Origin: Bugula neritina
Taxonomy: Eukaryota > Animalia > Bryozoa
Length of the DNA: 64,000 nt
NCBI GenBank assembly: GCA_964035545.1
Contig: OZ037765.1
Coordinates: 33,851,504 to 33,915,503 of the forward strand
Reading direction: 5' to 3'
In this document: positions 12,006 through 25,035 of the stretch, in pieces
Layout: each line of letters opens with the position of its first letter
How positions within the stretch are numbered: the stretch's first letter is position 1
Translations under genes and position numbers: made by a program
The notes under the pieces: model-generated
Told to the model about the DNA's origin: nothing
Databases searched by the model: none
Seen by the model: the letters and a program-made list of their open reading frames with translations, nothing else

Positions 12006-13639
12006 TCTGTAGTCAATATTTGCAGCTGTAGATAGTAGTGTTTATTCCTATATGTAGCAGCCATAGAAACCTGTAAAATATTTCAACAGAATATATGATA
12101 AAAGCATGCCATCATCACACTGTTTAGATTTATTATAGATACTAAAATATGCAAACACATCAGCAGTCTACACAGAGAGAAATATTAGTGTTAGAGTGAA
12201 CATAAGCTGACAACTAAAACCTCTCGTTTTTTGGATCCCTAAATTGACCAGCAGTGAATAAAAATTAGTGTCAGGTACTGTTCACAGTGAATAGTATGTT
12301 AGATCAATGTTGATATAAAGAGTTGTGAAGTTGATTCTTTGTATTTATCACAATGAGCCAAGTTATGTTCAATAGTGATCTTATATATGTTCAATGGTGA
12401 GCTTATATATTTTCAATGGTGATCTTATGTATGCTCAATAGTGATATTATATATGTTTAATAGTGATATTATTTATGTTCAATAGTGATATTATATATAT
12501 TCAATAGTGATCTTATTTATGCTCAATAGTGATATTATATATGTTTAATGATGATCTTATTTCTGTTCAATGATGATCTTAGATATGCTCAATGCTGGAC
12601 TAAGTTATATTCAAAGCTGAACTTATAAATGTTCCATGCTGCTCTAATTTTTGTTGGAAATAAGCTTCTGCAAAAATTATTACTGATCACTTTGAACTAA
12701 CTTGTCATAACTTCTAACCAGTATGAGAGTATAGTAATGTGGATTTTATTGTATATGATAGTTGAATATAAGAAATGCAACAAAAAATAACTTCCAAAGA
12801 TTAAAATAAGAAAAAAAAAACATGAAAATAAACATTTGCAGAATTTTTCTACGACTGTAAATTCAGTTAACTTTTCTCAATGTTTGCAGAACTGGCTAAG
12901 ACCATAGTGTGTGTCGTTACATTCTTGCTCTGTAGTGTAGCGATAACCAAGCAGTTGTGGTGTGTAATGGCTAGCACACCTGTGTGCAAGTCCGAGGTCC
13001 GTGGTAGTAACCCAAGTACGGGAGGGGGGAGGGGGGAGGGGGAAGTTTTATAACTAATTCCAGCAGTTAGTAAAGTGTGGTAGTACTCCAAGAGGAGTTG
13101 AGTGGCCAGGGAAGCCTGAAGAAGTAGTATAAAAAGGGCAGCTGGGTTCTTGAGAAGTGGGTGAGGTGTAGTGTTGAGAGCACCCAGTGACGCTTGTAAT
13201 GTAGTGGTGAGTGCGCCTGCTTGCAGGCTGAAGGTCTCAGCATGATTCAAAGTTTTGTAGCGGTCAAATTCTTTTTTGTGCTCCTATTCAGCATCTTTGA
13301 GTGCATGTTCTTAAAAAATGTTATGGGATCTACAACAAAAGATAAAAGTTGGGTGATATTTAAACTGTATTAGTATAAACAGTAAACATTTGGTTGAGAT
13401 ATACAATCACAAGCAGTGTAAATAAATTAAGTTCAACTTTGAAGAAGCTGAAGTCTAAGGCCAAAACTAATAGTATCAATGATGTTAGCTACGAATCTTT
13501 CAGCATATTCTCAGCACCATCGTACCAATCGTTTGATTCTGAATAACCATACAGGCTTTGGCAAACTTATGATCATTATGTTGCGTAGTGTTTGGGTTAG
13601 TTTGAGCTTATCAAAACTTACTAACAATTTTTGCTATCC

Positions 13640-16600
13640 TTTGTCTTGTCTTGTCTTGTCTTGATTTAGTTCCAAGACCCCAAATAGGGGAAAGGTGGAA
13701 CTATCGGATGTTCAGGTCTTTTTTTATTAGTCTGCTAGTGTTTCTCCCGTGCGTAGTTCACGGGCTGTTCTAATGAGGAAGCTATGCAGGAAATTATTAG
13801 TATTACAGGATATTGAATTAAAAGAGTTACTGTCCCCAATATTGGTATTACGGAGAGATTTCATGGAGTTAAGAGTGTTAATTAGGTTAGGGAAGAATGC
13901 TTCATGCTGCAACACTTTGAGGAATAGCGTGAACCTGTGTTCTTGTCTAGATTTATTTAAAGCCTTTAAGTTTAACCCCGCCTTGGATTCGGTCACTGAG
14001 ACATCCCAGCCTTTTAAGTTTTTTACAAAACGTACTGCCTTGTTTTGAACTTTCTCTAGATTGTTGCTTAGCATGAGATGTGCAGGATCCCAAATTTCGC
14101 AGGCATACTCTAGAAGCGGTCTACACAAGGTAGTGTATGCTATGAGCTTAACTTTAACTGGAGCATCATAGAGTACATTTTTGATTAATCCTAAAATACG
14201 CATTGCTTTATTGACTACTGAGTTTATGTGATAATCCCACTTTAGATCATGTACCAAATAGATTCCTAGGTATTTTACACAGCTACTTTGTACTAATTGT
14301 TCGTTGCACAAATAATAAGTGTGCGTTATAGGTTTAGGGCTTTTATCAAACACAATGATGTTGCTTTTTGTTGCATTGAATTTCATGGAGTTTTTAATAC
14401 TCCAGTTGTGTAGAGCGTTAAGGTCATTTTGCAAATTTTCCTTGTCTTCGTCTTTAGATATATGCGTATATAGTATAGTGTCATCCGCGAAGAGCCTTAC
14501 AGTGCAGTATTTTACACATTTAGTGATGTCATTAATGAAAAGTGTGAAAAGTGCAGGCCCTAAAACGCTACCTTGAGGGACACCTGAAGTAACAGCTACA
14601 GCATCAGATTTGTGGCCTTTAATCACCACTCTCTGAAAACGACTGGTTAGAAACGAGGATATCCATTTTACTAAAAGAGGATTTACTTTGTACTCAATAA
14701 GTTTCTGAATCAACAGATGATGGGGAACTAAATCAAAGGCCTTAGAGAAATCTAGCACTGCCGCATGTGTAGCCATTCCATTGTCCATATTACTCAATAT
14801 GTCATGTGTTAGGCAGGCCAATTGAGTTGTGCAAGACAGGTGACTTCTAAAACCATGCTGGTTTATGGACAGGATCTCATTCAATTTGTTTTGCATAAGG
14901 TGAAGTATAATGTGCTCCATCATTTTACAGACTATTGATGTTAAGGATATTGGTCTATAGTTAGAGGGCAACTCACGATTTCCTTGTTTGAATATTGGTG
15001 TGACATGAGCCAGCTTCCACTCTGATGGAAGTGTACCTGTTGTTAATGTATAGTTGTAGATGGAAGCTAATAGGGAAGAAATAATTTCAGGGGAGAGCAG
15101 TAGCTTTTGTTTGCTAATAGAGTCTGGCCCTGAAGCTTTACCATTTTTGAGAGACTTAATCAATTTTAACACACCTTCAGAAGTTACTAATATGTTATCT
15201 GCATCAGTTGGAGCCGGAGCTTCTGGGAGCACACATGCTGGTGTAAAAACACTGTGAAAATACAAGTTCAAAGTATTTGCAATGTCAGATAAATCATTAG
15301 AGCTGGTCTTTTCACTAATTTGAATGCTTTGAATACTGTTATTGTTGCCTTTAATTTCTTTAACATATCTGTAAAAAGGTTTCGAGTCTCCATTTGCCAA
15401 TGGGTAGTATAACTTTTCACACATGAAGTCTTTTTTGAGTATTTTAAATAGTTTTTTGTTTTCACGCCTTAGTTTTTTGTATTTGTCAAATAAAACAGAA
15501 TCACCTGTGAGCTTGTATCGTGAGTAAAGTTTTCTTTGCTTGTTGTAAGCTCTTTGAGCATCTTTATTAAACCAAACAGGTTGAAAATGTTTTCTAGGTT
15601 TAAATTGCTTTTTAGGTACATGGTCAGTTATTGCCGAATGTAATCCATTTCTAAATGTAGACCAAACAGTATCAATGGGCTGTATATCGTTTATTAGAGA
15701 GTTCACTTCTGAGAGCAAGGCTGCCATTGAGGAATCAAAACCGTTTCTATTTATTTTGTGATACACAAAAGTATAACTATCTTCTACACTTTCTTTAAAC
15801 TTTTGGGGTGCTTTTATTGAGCATTCAATCATAAAGTGATCACTGACGCCTGGTTGGATTACATTTAAGTCGCAAATTAAATGTTTAGAATTAGTGCAAA
15901 GAAGGTCAAGTATATTGCCAGCTATATGAGTTGGCTCATTAACAATTTGATCCATGTCTAATTCCGATAACAAATCTATGAAGTCATTGTAAAAAGATCT
16001 CCAACTGTTAGAGAAAGTGAAGTCATTCCAATTGATGCCAGGTAAATTAAAATCGCCAGTTAGAACTATTGTTGACCCTGGAAAAAGTTTTTTGATTTTT
16101 GACATGTAATCTACAAGTGGTTTAATGTTGTATGTTGAAGGCGGTCTGTAGTATGTTACCAAAATATAAGGAGCTACGTTAGATTCAAAATTAAACTTGA
16201 TTGCTGTTATTTCTGCTTCAGATGGTATATCTATTGGAGAATGTGAGATTTGCGAATTAACAGCTATTAGTACACCCCCTCCATATTCATTCCTATCTTT
16301 TCTGTAAACCAGTTTGTTATTTGGATGGAAGATTTGAGCATTAGCATAGGATGGGTTTAAATGAGTTTCAGTGATAGACATCACATCGTAGTCAGAGGCT
16401 ATAGCTTGTAATTCAGCAATTTTACCTTTGATTGATCTTGCATTGATGCTAATTAATCTGTAGATATTTTGGTTTTTCTGTATTTTGTATGTGCTTAGAG
16501 GATCCTGTTTTCTTACGTCTCTTAACTGTTGCCTCAACTGAAAATCCTTGTTTTGCTCTTCTTTAGTTAAGTCTAGGCGTGCAAAAGTACCTGGTACTTT

Positions 16601-17793
16601 GAGATTGTTGATACGTTTTAAAAGTTCCCACTTGTCAAACTCTGAGTCAAGTGAGAGTCTAACAGGTCGAGGTTTATCTACTTTTTTAGCCCCTAGTCTA
16701 ATAGTATTAGATTTTGTGGCATTAAACATAAAACTACACTCAGAAATCATAGAATTTACCAGTTCGACTGTGTCAGCAGGGGATGATTCACCCTCATTAA
16801 TGCCAAATATGATGACATTCCTCGCTCTGTTTTCAGTTGATAAATCATTTCTAAGATTTTTTATTTGTTTTTCTTGGTCTTTTATACATTTCTCTTGGTC
16901 ATTTAGATGCCTGCTTAAAACACCTTCAGATTTTTCAATTTTGGAAACTACACTAGCATATGTTTCATCACTCTTGGACTCTTGTGTGTCAATAAAAGTT
17001 TCAAGCTTTGTTTCTAATGCTTTAAACCTAGAGTCAATCGATTTGAGAACATGATCACACTTATCACAAAACCAGTGGATTCCCCTCTTTTCAATTGTGT
17101 TCATGTCACTCGCATCTAAGTCCACGCATCTAATATGAAACCAGTTAAAGCAGGACTCACACTCGATCGTTAAGTCACTCAGGGTTTTATTGCACTTTTC
17201 ACATTTTGATTTTTCAGTATTTTTCCTGCTACTAGCAGTATCACCAGAGGCAACACTGTCCACACGACCTCTTCTTGTTTGCGTTTTGGGGGGCATATTA
17301 AAATAAAAGAGATAGAATGAGAAATATAAGTATTAACATAAATAATATTATACACTTAACAGTATGAGTACTATAGTATAACTAGTAGTGATAAACTTAT
17401 AAAGAGAAAGGAGGGTATGGAAAGGAAAAGAAACAATAATAAGTTGGTTAAAGTTATAATAATAATGTTAGTAGTATAGTATAGTTAATTGTTAAGTATA
17501 GTATTAGTATAAGTTTAGTATTGAAGACAAGGAAAGAGTTCACCACACTTCCTCCGCAATAGTCCAGCCAGATTCAACCACTGCTAAGGTTCAACTGGGC
17601 GCAGACAGAGCTAGCAAGCCAACTCTTGGTGCCTGTTTCTCACGATAGCACACCCAACCCTACCGGTGTCCAAATCAAATCTCTGTAGGCAACAGCTCCT
17701 TGAAGGCATATACTGGTAATAGCAGGTTTTGATGCAAGGAAATTTGGAAACTTTCGGGAGAGCACTCAGAAAACACGTCCGGACGCCATGACA
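13640..17793 (-). mobile_element. Apparently full-length LINE (CR1/L2-group-like)
   Basis: (caaga)n 3' tail at 13640-13663; long ORF; 5' end approximate. Confidence 0.85.
13727..17296 (-). CDS. LINE polyprotein: PHD finger, ORF1-like region, AP endonuclease and reverse transcriptase in one ORF
   Basis: CxxC...CxxC...HxxC...WFCxxC PHD; NARSI, ITET, GDFN, SDH endonuclease motifs; GVPQGSVLGP and FADD RT motifs. Confidence 0.92.
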   Translation of the reverse strand: MPPKTQTRRGRVDSVASGDTASSRKNTEKSKCEKCNKTLSDLTIECESCFNWFHIRCVDLDASDMNTIEKRGIHWFCDKCDHVLKSIDSRFKALETKLETFIDTQESKSDETYASVVSKIEKSEGVLSRHLNDQEKCIKDQEKQIKNLRNDLSTENRARNVIIFGINEGESSPADTVELVNSMISECSFMFNATKSNTIRLGAKKVDKPRPVRLSLDSEFDKWELLKRINNLKVPGTFARLDLTKEEQNKDFQLRQQLRDVRKQDPLSTYKIQKNQNIYRLISINARSIKGKIAELQAIASDYDVMSITETHLNPSYANAQIFHPNNKLVYRKDRNEYGGGVLIAVNSQISHSPIDIPSEAEITAIKFNFESNVAPYILVTYYRPPSTYNIKPLVDYMSKIKKLFPGSTIVLTGDFNLPGINWNDFTFSNSWRSFYNDFIDLLSELDMDQIVNEPTHIAGNILDLLCTNSKHLICDLNVIQPGVSDHFMIECSIKAPQKFKESVEDSYTFVYHKINRNGFDSSMAALLSEVNSLINDIQPIDTVWSTFRNGLHSAITDHVPKKQFKPRKHFQPVWFNKDAQRAYNKQRKLYSRYKLTGDSVLFDKYKKLRRENKKLFKILKKDFMCEKLYYPLANGDSKPFYRYVKEIKGNNNSIQSIQISEKTSSNDLSDIANTLNLYFHSVFTPACVLPEAPAPTDADNILVTSEGVLKLIKSLKNGKASGPDSISKQKLLLSPEIISSLLASIYNYTLTTGTLPSEWKLAHVTPIFKQGNRELPSNYRPISLTSIVCKMMEHIILHLMQNKLNEILSINQHGFRSHLSCTTQLACLTHDILSNMDNGMATHAAVLDFSKAFDLVPHHLLIQKLIEYKVNPLLVKWISSFLTSRFQRVVIKGHKSDAVAVTSGVPQGSVLGPALFTLFINDITKCVKYCTVRLFADDTILYTHISKDEDKENLQNDLNALHNWSIKNSMKFNATKSNIIVFDKSPKPITHTYYLCNEQLVQSSCVKYLGIYLVHDLKWDYHINSVVNKAMRILGLIKNVLYDAPVKVKLIAYTTLCRPLLEYACEIWDPAHLMLSNNLEKVQNKAVRFVKNLKGWDVSVTESKAGLNLKALNKSRQEHRFTLFLKVLQHEAFFPNLINTLNSMKSLRNTNIGDSNSFNSISCNTNNFLHSFLIRTARELRTGETLAD

Positions 17794-20180
17794 GTATTCA
17801 ATGACATTTTACTTCTTTCTTAATTAAAAATGCAAGAGCTGTTGGGCATAATTAGTTTAGTTAATAGAAGCTTCTCTGAATTAAAATTATCTCAAAATGT
17901 CAGTGAACCACAATTTAAGCTAGAGTCAGCATTTTATATGGACCCCTCATATCGAGATAACAGATATTGATAATTTTCAGTATGTCTATAAATTGAAAAA
18001 CAAATGAAGTACTACCAAGAAAAATATTGCTACTTAAACATGTTTTTATATTTAATTGTGCTGTGCAAAGATAAATAAAAGAATAAACTGGTGACACGGA
18101 AGTTAATGAAAAATTTTGCCAACTTTGCCAACTCACCACTAATATTGGCATTTTGGTACTTAGCTATAAAACAAGAAGCTAGCTTGGCGGCTGATTAAGG
18201 CTAATAACTACTTGTAGGCTGCTAAACTGCATTATTAACAATACTTTTACAATGGGGGAGGGAATTCAAATTAATGAATTTAGCACAAATTGCTAGAAGG
18301 TGAAGTGGAAATAAAATGCTAAATTTTTTGAAAATAGATTGTTACAGGAAAACTCATATCAAATTGCTATAGGAATAGACTAGTTTGAGAATTATTAGTC
18401 AATTGGTCTCTTAAAAGTTATGGTTGCACAAATTTAATTATCTGTCTACAGCAATAGTCATACTGTCATTGTAATATCAAATGACACCGTTAAGCAAATG
18501 ATTGGGCTTACCTTTTGCTGCAATGACAACTTCAGTTCTTAACTCTGAAAGAAAGTGATCATCTTCTATCTCTGAGAGGTAGCTGCAATCTTTACCCATG
18601 TGATGAAATGATTCAATGTTTTTCATGTTGTGGGGCTGTTTGGAAGCACAAATTCACTGAATCTCAAAGCACAACCTCTTAGTCTGAGCCTCTGGTGTTC
18701 ACTATGCCGGCAAAATATTTCTTCTGTCAATAGCAGTGAATGAAAACTATGTGCTGTTATGTAATAACCTTTGCTTTGCTCTGTCACTGCTTGGTAAGCC
18801 AGTTTCTTGCCTTTGAATTACAATTTAAATATTTCCTTACTATAGCTCTGTTATGCAACATCTTCTTTTGTTCCACTAGGTAGTTTACACAAGTTTACAC
18901 AAAGCTTTTGAAGTGGTTCACCTGATCCACAATTGACTATTCAGTAGCTTGTTTCATTGTTAATTTTAAGCTTCTTGTTTGAAACACATTTGCTGATAAC
19001 TGAGTACATTGGAGTTTAATGGTGCATCTCCCTGGTGTCTCTTTCACACACATTTTAAATTAGTTGGCTTTCCTTTCCATGAATGAAATTGACTAGTAAA
19101 GCCTAAACTACCCATGCAAGAGATATGTGCGGTTGAAATTTTTTGTTGATAAATTCAACTTAAGTCTTTGATAAACGGAGTGGGGCAATGTTTAATAGTA
19201 GTCTGGCAACAAGCTATTTGAAAATGTCTTGGCTTCAAAAAAATTTCGAAATCATAAACAGCTAGTAGGTTGAAGGAGTTTCATTCCACTTATATGCTCC
19301 CCAGTTAGGTTGTATTTTTTGTTTTGGTACTAAGTATTATATGCCTATATACCCTTATATAACTTTCATATCAATTGCTAAACATAAAATAACCAACAAT
19401 ATGATAACTTTGCAATAATATTTAAATTTTTCCAAATTTGTGTTGAAAAAAAGCATTAAATGCATTAATAATAACATTTTTTCAAAAAACAAAAAATATA
19501 GAAAATGCAAACTTAATAGGTTTATGCAGAGCAAAGAAATTTATTTGTGTGCCTATTATAAAAAGCAATTGACTCAAATTTATTTAAATACACATATATT
19601 TCAATAGTATTCAAATAAATTGCACGTAAAATGTATAAATAGCATCTAACTGGGAAATGACCCAAATGTAGGGTTCAACTCTATCCTAGCTTCCTATAAA
19701 GGTTTGTGATCATCATTAGTGCACATGTGAACGAATAATGTTGTTAGGTGAACAACTGGCAATTGTTCCATAATTCTTATGTAAATAAAATTTTGCTTGA
19801 ACATATGTAGTTGTAGCATTGATCTCACTTTCTGCTCCTATCAACTACTGTTTAGCTTCATTCAGACCTAGGGATGATGATTACGTAATACTTGTGAAAA
19901 GTAGCATTGACTTAACAACTAAGTGGTTTCAGAGCTACTACAAAATATTTTTCAGCTTACACTAACCGGATTAATTTTCAATTTCATCAAAATAAGTGCG
20001 GGTCTAACAACTATTAGAGGTGTGATGCAGGCTATACCGACAATAAAAGGCTCTTTGAACAACTTTAGTGCAAGCACTGCACTAATATTTCTCTCTGTGT
20101 ACGCTGTACCTAAATTATATACACTATAACTAGAGTTATTTACTTGTAGGTAATGCATAAAGTATACTGCAGTCACCTGT

Positions 20181-23100
20181 TGTTATGTCACATAGAGTTC
20201 ACATCTTATTAGCTATAATTAGTAGATATATGACTTCTATGTGAATCATGCATTTCCTTATTATTGTCATAGTCAGCATCTATATATAATGCTTGTGTAG
20301 GTATTGCTAAAGAGTTAGTTAGTTGCTAGATTCCAAAGTGTTATTATCATTTTATATTCATAGTAGTTGTACCAAATAAATCAGCATGTAAAACATTACA
20401 AGTCAGCACCACCCTGTCACTCACCATCGAGCATACCATTATAACATGGTGTCAGGATATTAGAACTGCCTGCCAGGGGTAATTGGATATGTCTGTGACA
20501 GTAAGTAATAGATAAACTATGGCGGAAGGAGGTGCTCTAAGGCCTCCATCAAACTTTCTATTAGCAAATTCGTCACAGAATCCGAGTGACGCAAGTCGGA
20601 ACTGGCTGGCATGGCTAGAACAGTTTGACTTTTATATGCTTGCTACCGAGAAGAACTCTAAGCTAGAAGAGGTTCAGGTAGCAACTCTGTTGACTATTCT
20701 GGGAGCTCAGGGACAAGAGCTGTTCAGAACGTTCGATTTGTCGGAGGAAAACAAAAAGAAGATTGCTGAAGTCAAAGGCGCTTTCAGTAGATACTTTGCT
20801 CCGAAAATCAAAGAAGAATTTGAGAGGTACAAATTCTATAGTCGAGTACAACAGACAGGTGAGCCATTCGACAAGTTTCTATCATCGCTGCGAAATTTAG
20901 TCGCAACTTGTAACTTTCATGCAGAGGAGAGAGACAAAGCTCTGCGTGATAGAATAGTCTTCGGTATTCATTCTGAGGCAATACGCGAAGAGCTATTTAA
21001 TGTCGCAGAAGATTTAACACTAGAGAGGTGTATAGCTATTTGCCAACGTTATGAAGCAACAAGGCAGTATCTTAACGATTTCAATGCATCAAGTGTTGAT
21101 GCTGGATTCAAAGCTCACGCAATCAATGACCAAGTCAAAGCCAAGTATAACCATCAGTCATCACGCCCAACTCAACATCCAAAAAGTACAGTACAGCCTA
21201 CATCCAAGCCTATAACAAACTGCAAATATTGTGCAGGCACACATCAACCACGCAAGTGCCCTGCATATGATAAACAATGCAATAACTGTGGTCGTAAAGG
21301 ACATTATGCAAAGGTATGTCTTTCAGAGAAGGAGAGCACGGCTACAAACAAACCGAAAGTACATGAAGTAACTGCAGAAGATCCGGATGTAGTATACACA
21401 TTACATAATGCTGCTACAAATCAGAAGGAGTGGTATGTAGATGTAAAATGTGACAGTAACAGTTTGCAACTCAAAGTAGACACAGGTGCTTCCTGTAATG
21501 TTATGCCAAACTCTGTTTTTAAACGCTTGAAACTTAAAAATGTAGAAATCAAAAGCTGTAACCAAAAACTTTCTTCTTTTGGTGGTCATCAACTTAAGGT
21601 ATTAGGTAGAATATCTTTATTGTTAGAATGTAAACAAAATTTTTCAGTGCATGATTTTGTTCTAGTAGAAAAAGGCGAGACAACTCTTTTGGGTCTCCCA
21701 AGTAGCATTGCCATGGGTTTAGTAGAAACTGCATGTGCAATTTCAAACAATGCTGTTGTGTCAGAGTTTTCTGACGTTTTTCAGGGGTTAGGTAATTTAC
21801 CTTGTAAGCATGCACTAAGACTTAAGGAAGGCAGTAAGCCGGTAGTGCAAAGTGCTAGACGTTTACCTTTTAGGCTAAGAGATAAGCTAAAATGTACTCT
21901 TGACAATATGGAATCTAGTGGTACAATTACCAAAGTCAGACAGCCAACTGATTGGGTACATCCAATAGTTAATGTGCTAAAACCTGATGGGTCATTACGT
22001 GTCTGTCTAGACCCCACTGAACTGGGCAAGGGTATTATGAGGGAACACGTTTCATTACCAAACAAAGCTTTTAGGGAAGTTTTTGTCAAATCAGTCTTAG
22101 AAGACTCTTGCATGAATATTCTCAAGTCATATATAGCCAATGGCTGGCCTAGAACAAAGCGCATGTGTTTAGAGCCACTCAAGTCTTATTGGAATGTTAG
22201 GCATGATTTGAGTACACACGATGAAATCATTCTAAAAGGCAGCAATCAAATTTTAGTTCCTGCATCTCTGAGAAAGAGAATCATAAATGACATACACAAA
22301 GGTCACTTAGGGGTCACAAAATGCATAGAAAAGGCCAAAAATGCTGTTTACTGGCCGGGTTATACAAACCAAATAACGGATGCTGTTGATTCATGCGAAG
22401 TATGCCATGAAAATGCTAGAGCTAATGCTAAAACAATATTAGAGCAATATGAAATTCCTGAGTATGCTATGCAATCCATCAGTATTGATATTTTTCAGCT
22501 TGAAGGTGTTGAATACCTAGTCACTGTAGATAGATACTCTAAATGACCTGCTTGTTACAAATTAAACAGTTCTACATCTAAAGAGATAGTAGATATTCTG
22601 AGGAGACATGCAGTTTTTAGATTTTGGGCAACCTGAAACATTAGTGTCAGACAATGCTTCTTACTTTACCTCACTTGAGTTTAAATACTTTTTGGAGTCA
22701 CTAGATGTGAAGCACATAACTGTAAGCCCTTATTTCTCTAGGTCAAACGGACTAGTAGAAAGAATGAATCAAACTATCAAGTCTAGCTTAGCTAAAGCCA
22801 AACAGTCAAATCAGTCATTGTATGATGTTATTAGCAACCTAAGGTCAACACCAGTAGGAGATGGTTTACCCTCACCATCAGTATTGCTACAATCAAGAAA
22901 TTTCAGATCCACATTATTTTGCATGCCAGAGCAGTTAAAGCATCAATGTGTTGACAATGACAAAGTAATAGAGGTTTTGAGAAAAAGACAGTTAAATACA
23001 CAGTCAAGTAAGGCAACTGCTATTCCTCAAAATTTTGTGAAAGGAATGGAGGTTTGGGTGAAAATGAGCCATAGGAATTGGCTGCGAGGAACAGTCATGG

Positions 23101-23840
23101 AACACGCTGAAACACCCAGAAGTTTCATAGTTAGGCTCCATGATGGTAGGATTTTTAGACGCAATCAGTCTTGCTTGAAAATTAGAAAAACTCCATTACA
23201 GCTAGGTTCTGGGGTAAGGGGAATTACACCACCCACCAACCTAACTCGCGTTGCTAGAGTAAATGACCCTGTTCCCAATAATACACCCAATTCGAGTTCA
23301 GTTCAGGGAACAGACAGACCCGGTGCTCCTAATGGGCATAGCACAGTGACTCGGGTAGGTAGGGTTTCAAAACCTCCAATCAGGTTTGGTCAAAATGTTT
23401 ACGATGCTAAAACTTAGCTGACTGAAGTAAATGTACCATTAGAGAAATGCTTAGTAGTACACATATATATTATATACATCTTTGCTTTTATATATATCTT
23501 GCTTTTGTGAATTTTTATAGAATTCAATATTGTTATACTGAGTTTTTATGTCTTTGTTTTGAAAGCAGACAGGATGTTATGTCACATAGAGTTCACATCT
23601 TATTAGCTATAATTAGTAGATATATGACTTCTATGTGAATCATGCATTTCCTTATTATTGTCATAGTCAGCATCTATATATAATGCTTGTGTAGGTATTG
23701 CTAAAGAGTTAGTTAATTGCTAGATTCCAAAGTGTTATTATCATTTTATATTCATAGTAGTTGTACCAAATAAATCAGCATGTAAAACATTACAAGTCAG
23801 CACCACCCTGTCACTCACCATCGAGCATACCATTATAACA
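20181..23840 (+). mobile_element. Ty3/Gypsy LTR retrotransposon, internally deleted
   Basis: 266-bp LTRs 20181-20446 and 23575-23840 (TG...CA, one mismatch seen), 5-bp TSD cctgt, PBS tggtgtcagg. Confidence 0.93.
20519..23417 (+). pseudogene. Gypsy gag-pro-(deleted RT/RNaseH)-integrase, with stop and frameshift
   Basis: CCHC knuckle CNNCGRKGHYAKVC and protease VDTGA. RT begins (LRVCLDP) then jumps to the integrase zinc finger (HKGHLG...CEVC). TGA at 22544-22546; integrase core continues in ORF 22608..23417. Confidence 0.88.
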
Positions 23841-24317
23841 CCTGTCTAATGAAAATCAGGCTTTCACATGCTGACACTTTCAGACCTGGAGGCCAAGTGA
23901 CACATCCCTAGTAATGCCCTAACCTTAACAATATAGACTCTCAACTATACGCCTGGACAATCTCTATTGGCTGGTTAACTCAATGTGGCTCTCTTATTGC
24001 AACAGACAATGTGCTAATAGAAGGTGCTGCCCAAATGTATGAAATAGATTCCGCTACGGCACTTTGTTGTTGGATCGTGGCTCTAACTTAGTTAAAACTA
24101 GTTTTTAGTAGTTAGCTTTTTACTCATGTATATATTCTTTGTCTAATATAACTTTTAATTTGATAGTTTCTTAATAACAGAAAACATCGGATTACATGCT
24201 CAAGTGGATTATAATCTTTTAACCTTCTCTAACTCTTTCATGCATAAAGAGTACATGTTCAAGCATTAGATCTCTTTAACTCCCATGGTGTGATTTACCA
24301 GCAGCATGAATTCTCAA

Positions 24318-24660
24318 CAGTGGTGGCAGCAGTGAGATAAATGCTCTTTATGAGAGAGGGTAAGAGACCCGAGCATCATCAGAAGGAGATGTAGCCGCAG
24401 CTAAACAGCCCAGCACTACCTATGGACAGGTACAGCTTAAGAGCTCCCCTTTTATATGATGATAAAGATGTGGAGCAAGTCATTATTGTATTCATGATCA
24501 GCAATGTGGCAGCCATCTGCAGATGGCCCACTCACATGGCTCTGTTACAGCTACGGTAGAGTCTAATGAAGAGGGCCAAACCCAAAAGGATTGGCCCGAA
24601 CGTAGACAGCATCTTCGAGCAGTTGAGAGCCGGTTTAGGGCTTACCGCTAGAGATGCTTC
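24318..24660 (+). pseudogene. Degraded Gypsy PBS + gag relic related to the element at 50363-60820
   Basis: tggtggcagcagtgagat resembles the PBS at 51059. Translation RWPTHMALLQLR*SLMKRAKP..GPNVDSIFEQLRAGLGLTARDA aligns with gag QWPAQVELLQLRSCLTGRAKP..GPNRDHIIEALRGRFGLTVRDA. Confidence 0.75.
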
Positions 24661-25035
24661 CTGTACAATTTCAAATGTGTAGAACCATGTATGCTATAGT
24701 ACACCAAAGTTGTCAAAACTTTTCTGAGGTTAAATTGAATTCTTGCTATTCAACGTTGTGTAGAGCTAGACTTACAAGTTGGCGTTGAGAATATCTTTCA
24801 GTAAACTAGTTTTGTGAAACAGCTTTATGGTAGAGAAAGTGGATCTCCCATGACTCTATATTGTATAGGTCTACTATATTATATGTGGCATGGTCTGATG
24901 AGAATAAATAATGCAGTGCAATGCAAAGCCATACAATTACACACATTGTACTTTATTGACAAACCCAGGTATGCATTTTAATCAACAGCAACACTCTATA
25001 TGTTTAATGTGTTGACCCTCTGTTGTATTAAGTAA

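Larger units (their letters stand above)
12171..20099. mobile_element. CACTA/CMC-like DNA transposon (no intact transposase seen) carrying a nested LINE
   Basis: Perfect 20-bp TIR cacagagagaaatattagtg / cactaatatttctctctgtg, TA duplication, ~22-bp subterminal repeats at ~12365-12590. Paralog B has the empty site cagcagtcTAtgctgtacc at 47901-47919. Confidence 0.85.

Noticed and set aside
18500-19250. Possible transposase remnant in the CACTA-like element
   Set aside because: The frames I translated contain several stops and no motif I could identify confidently
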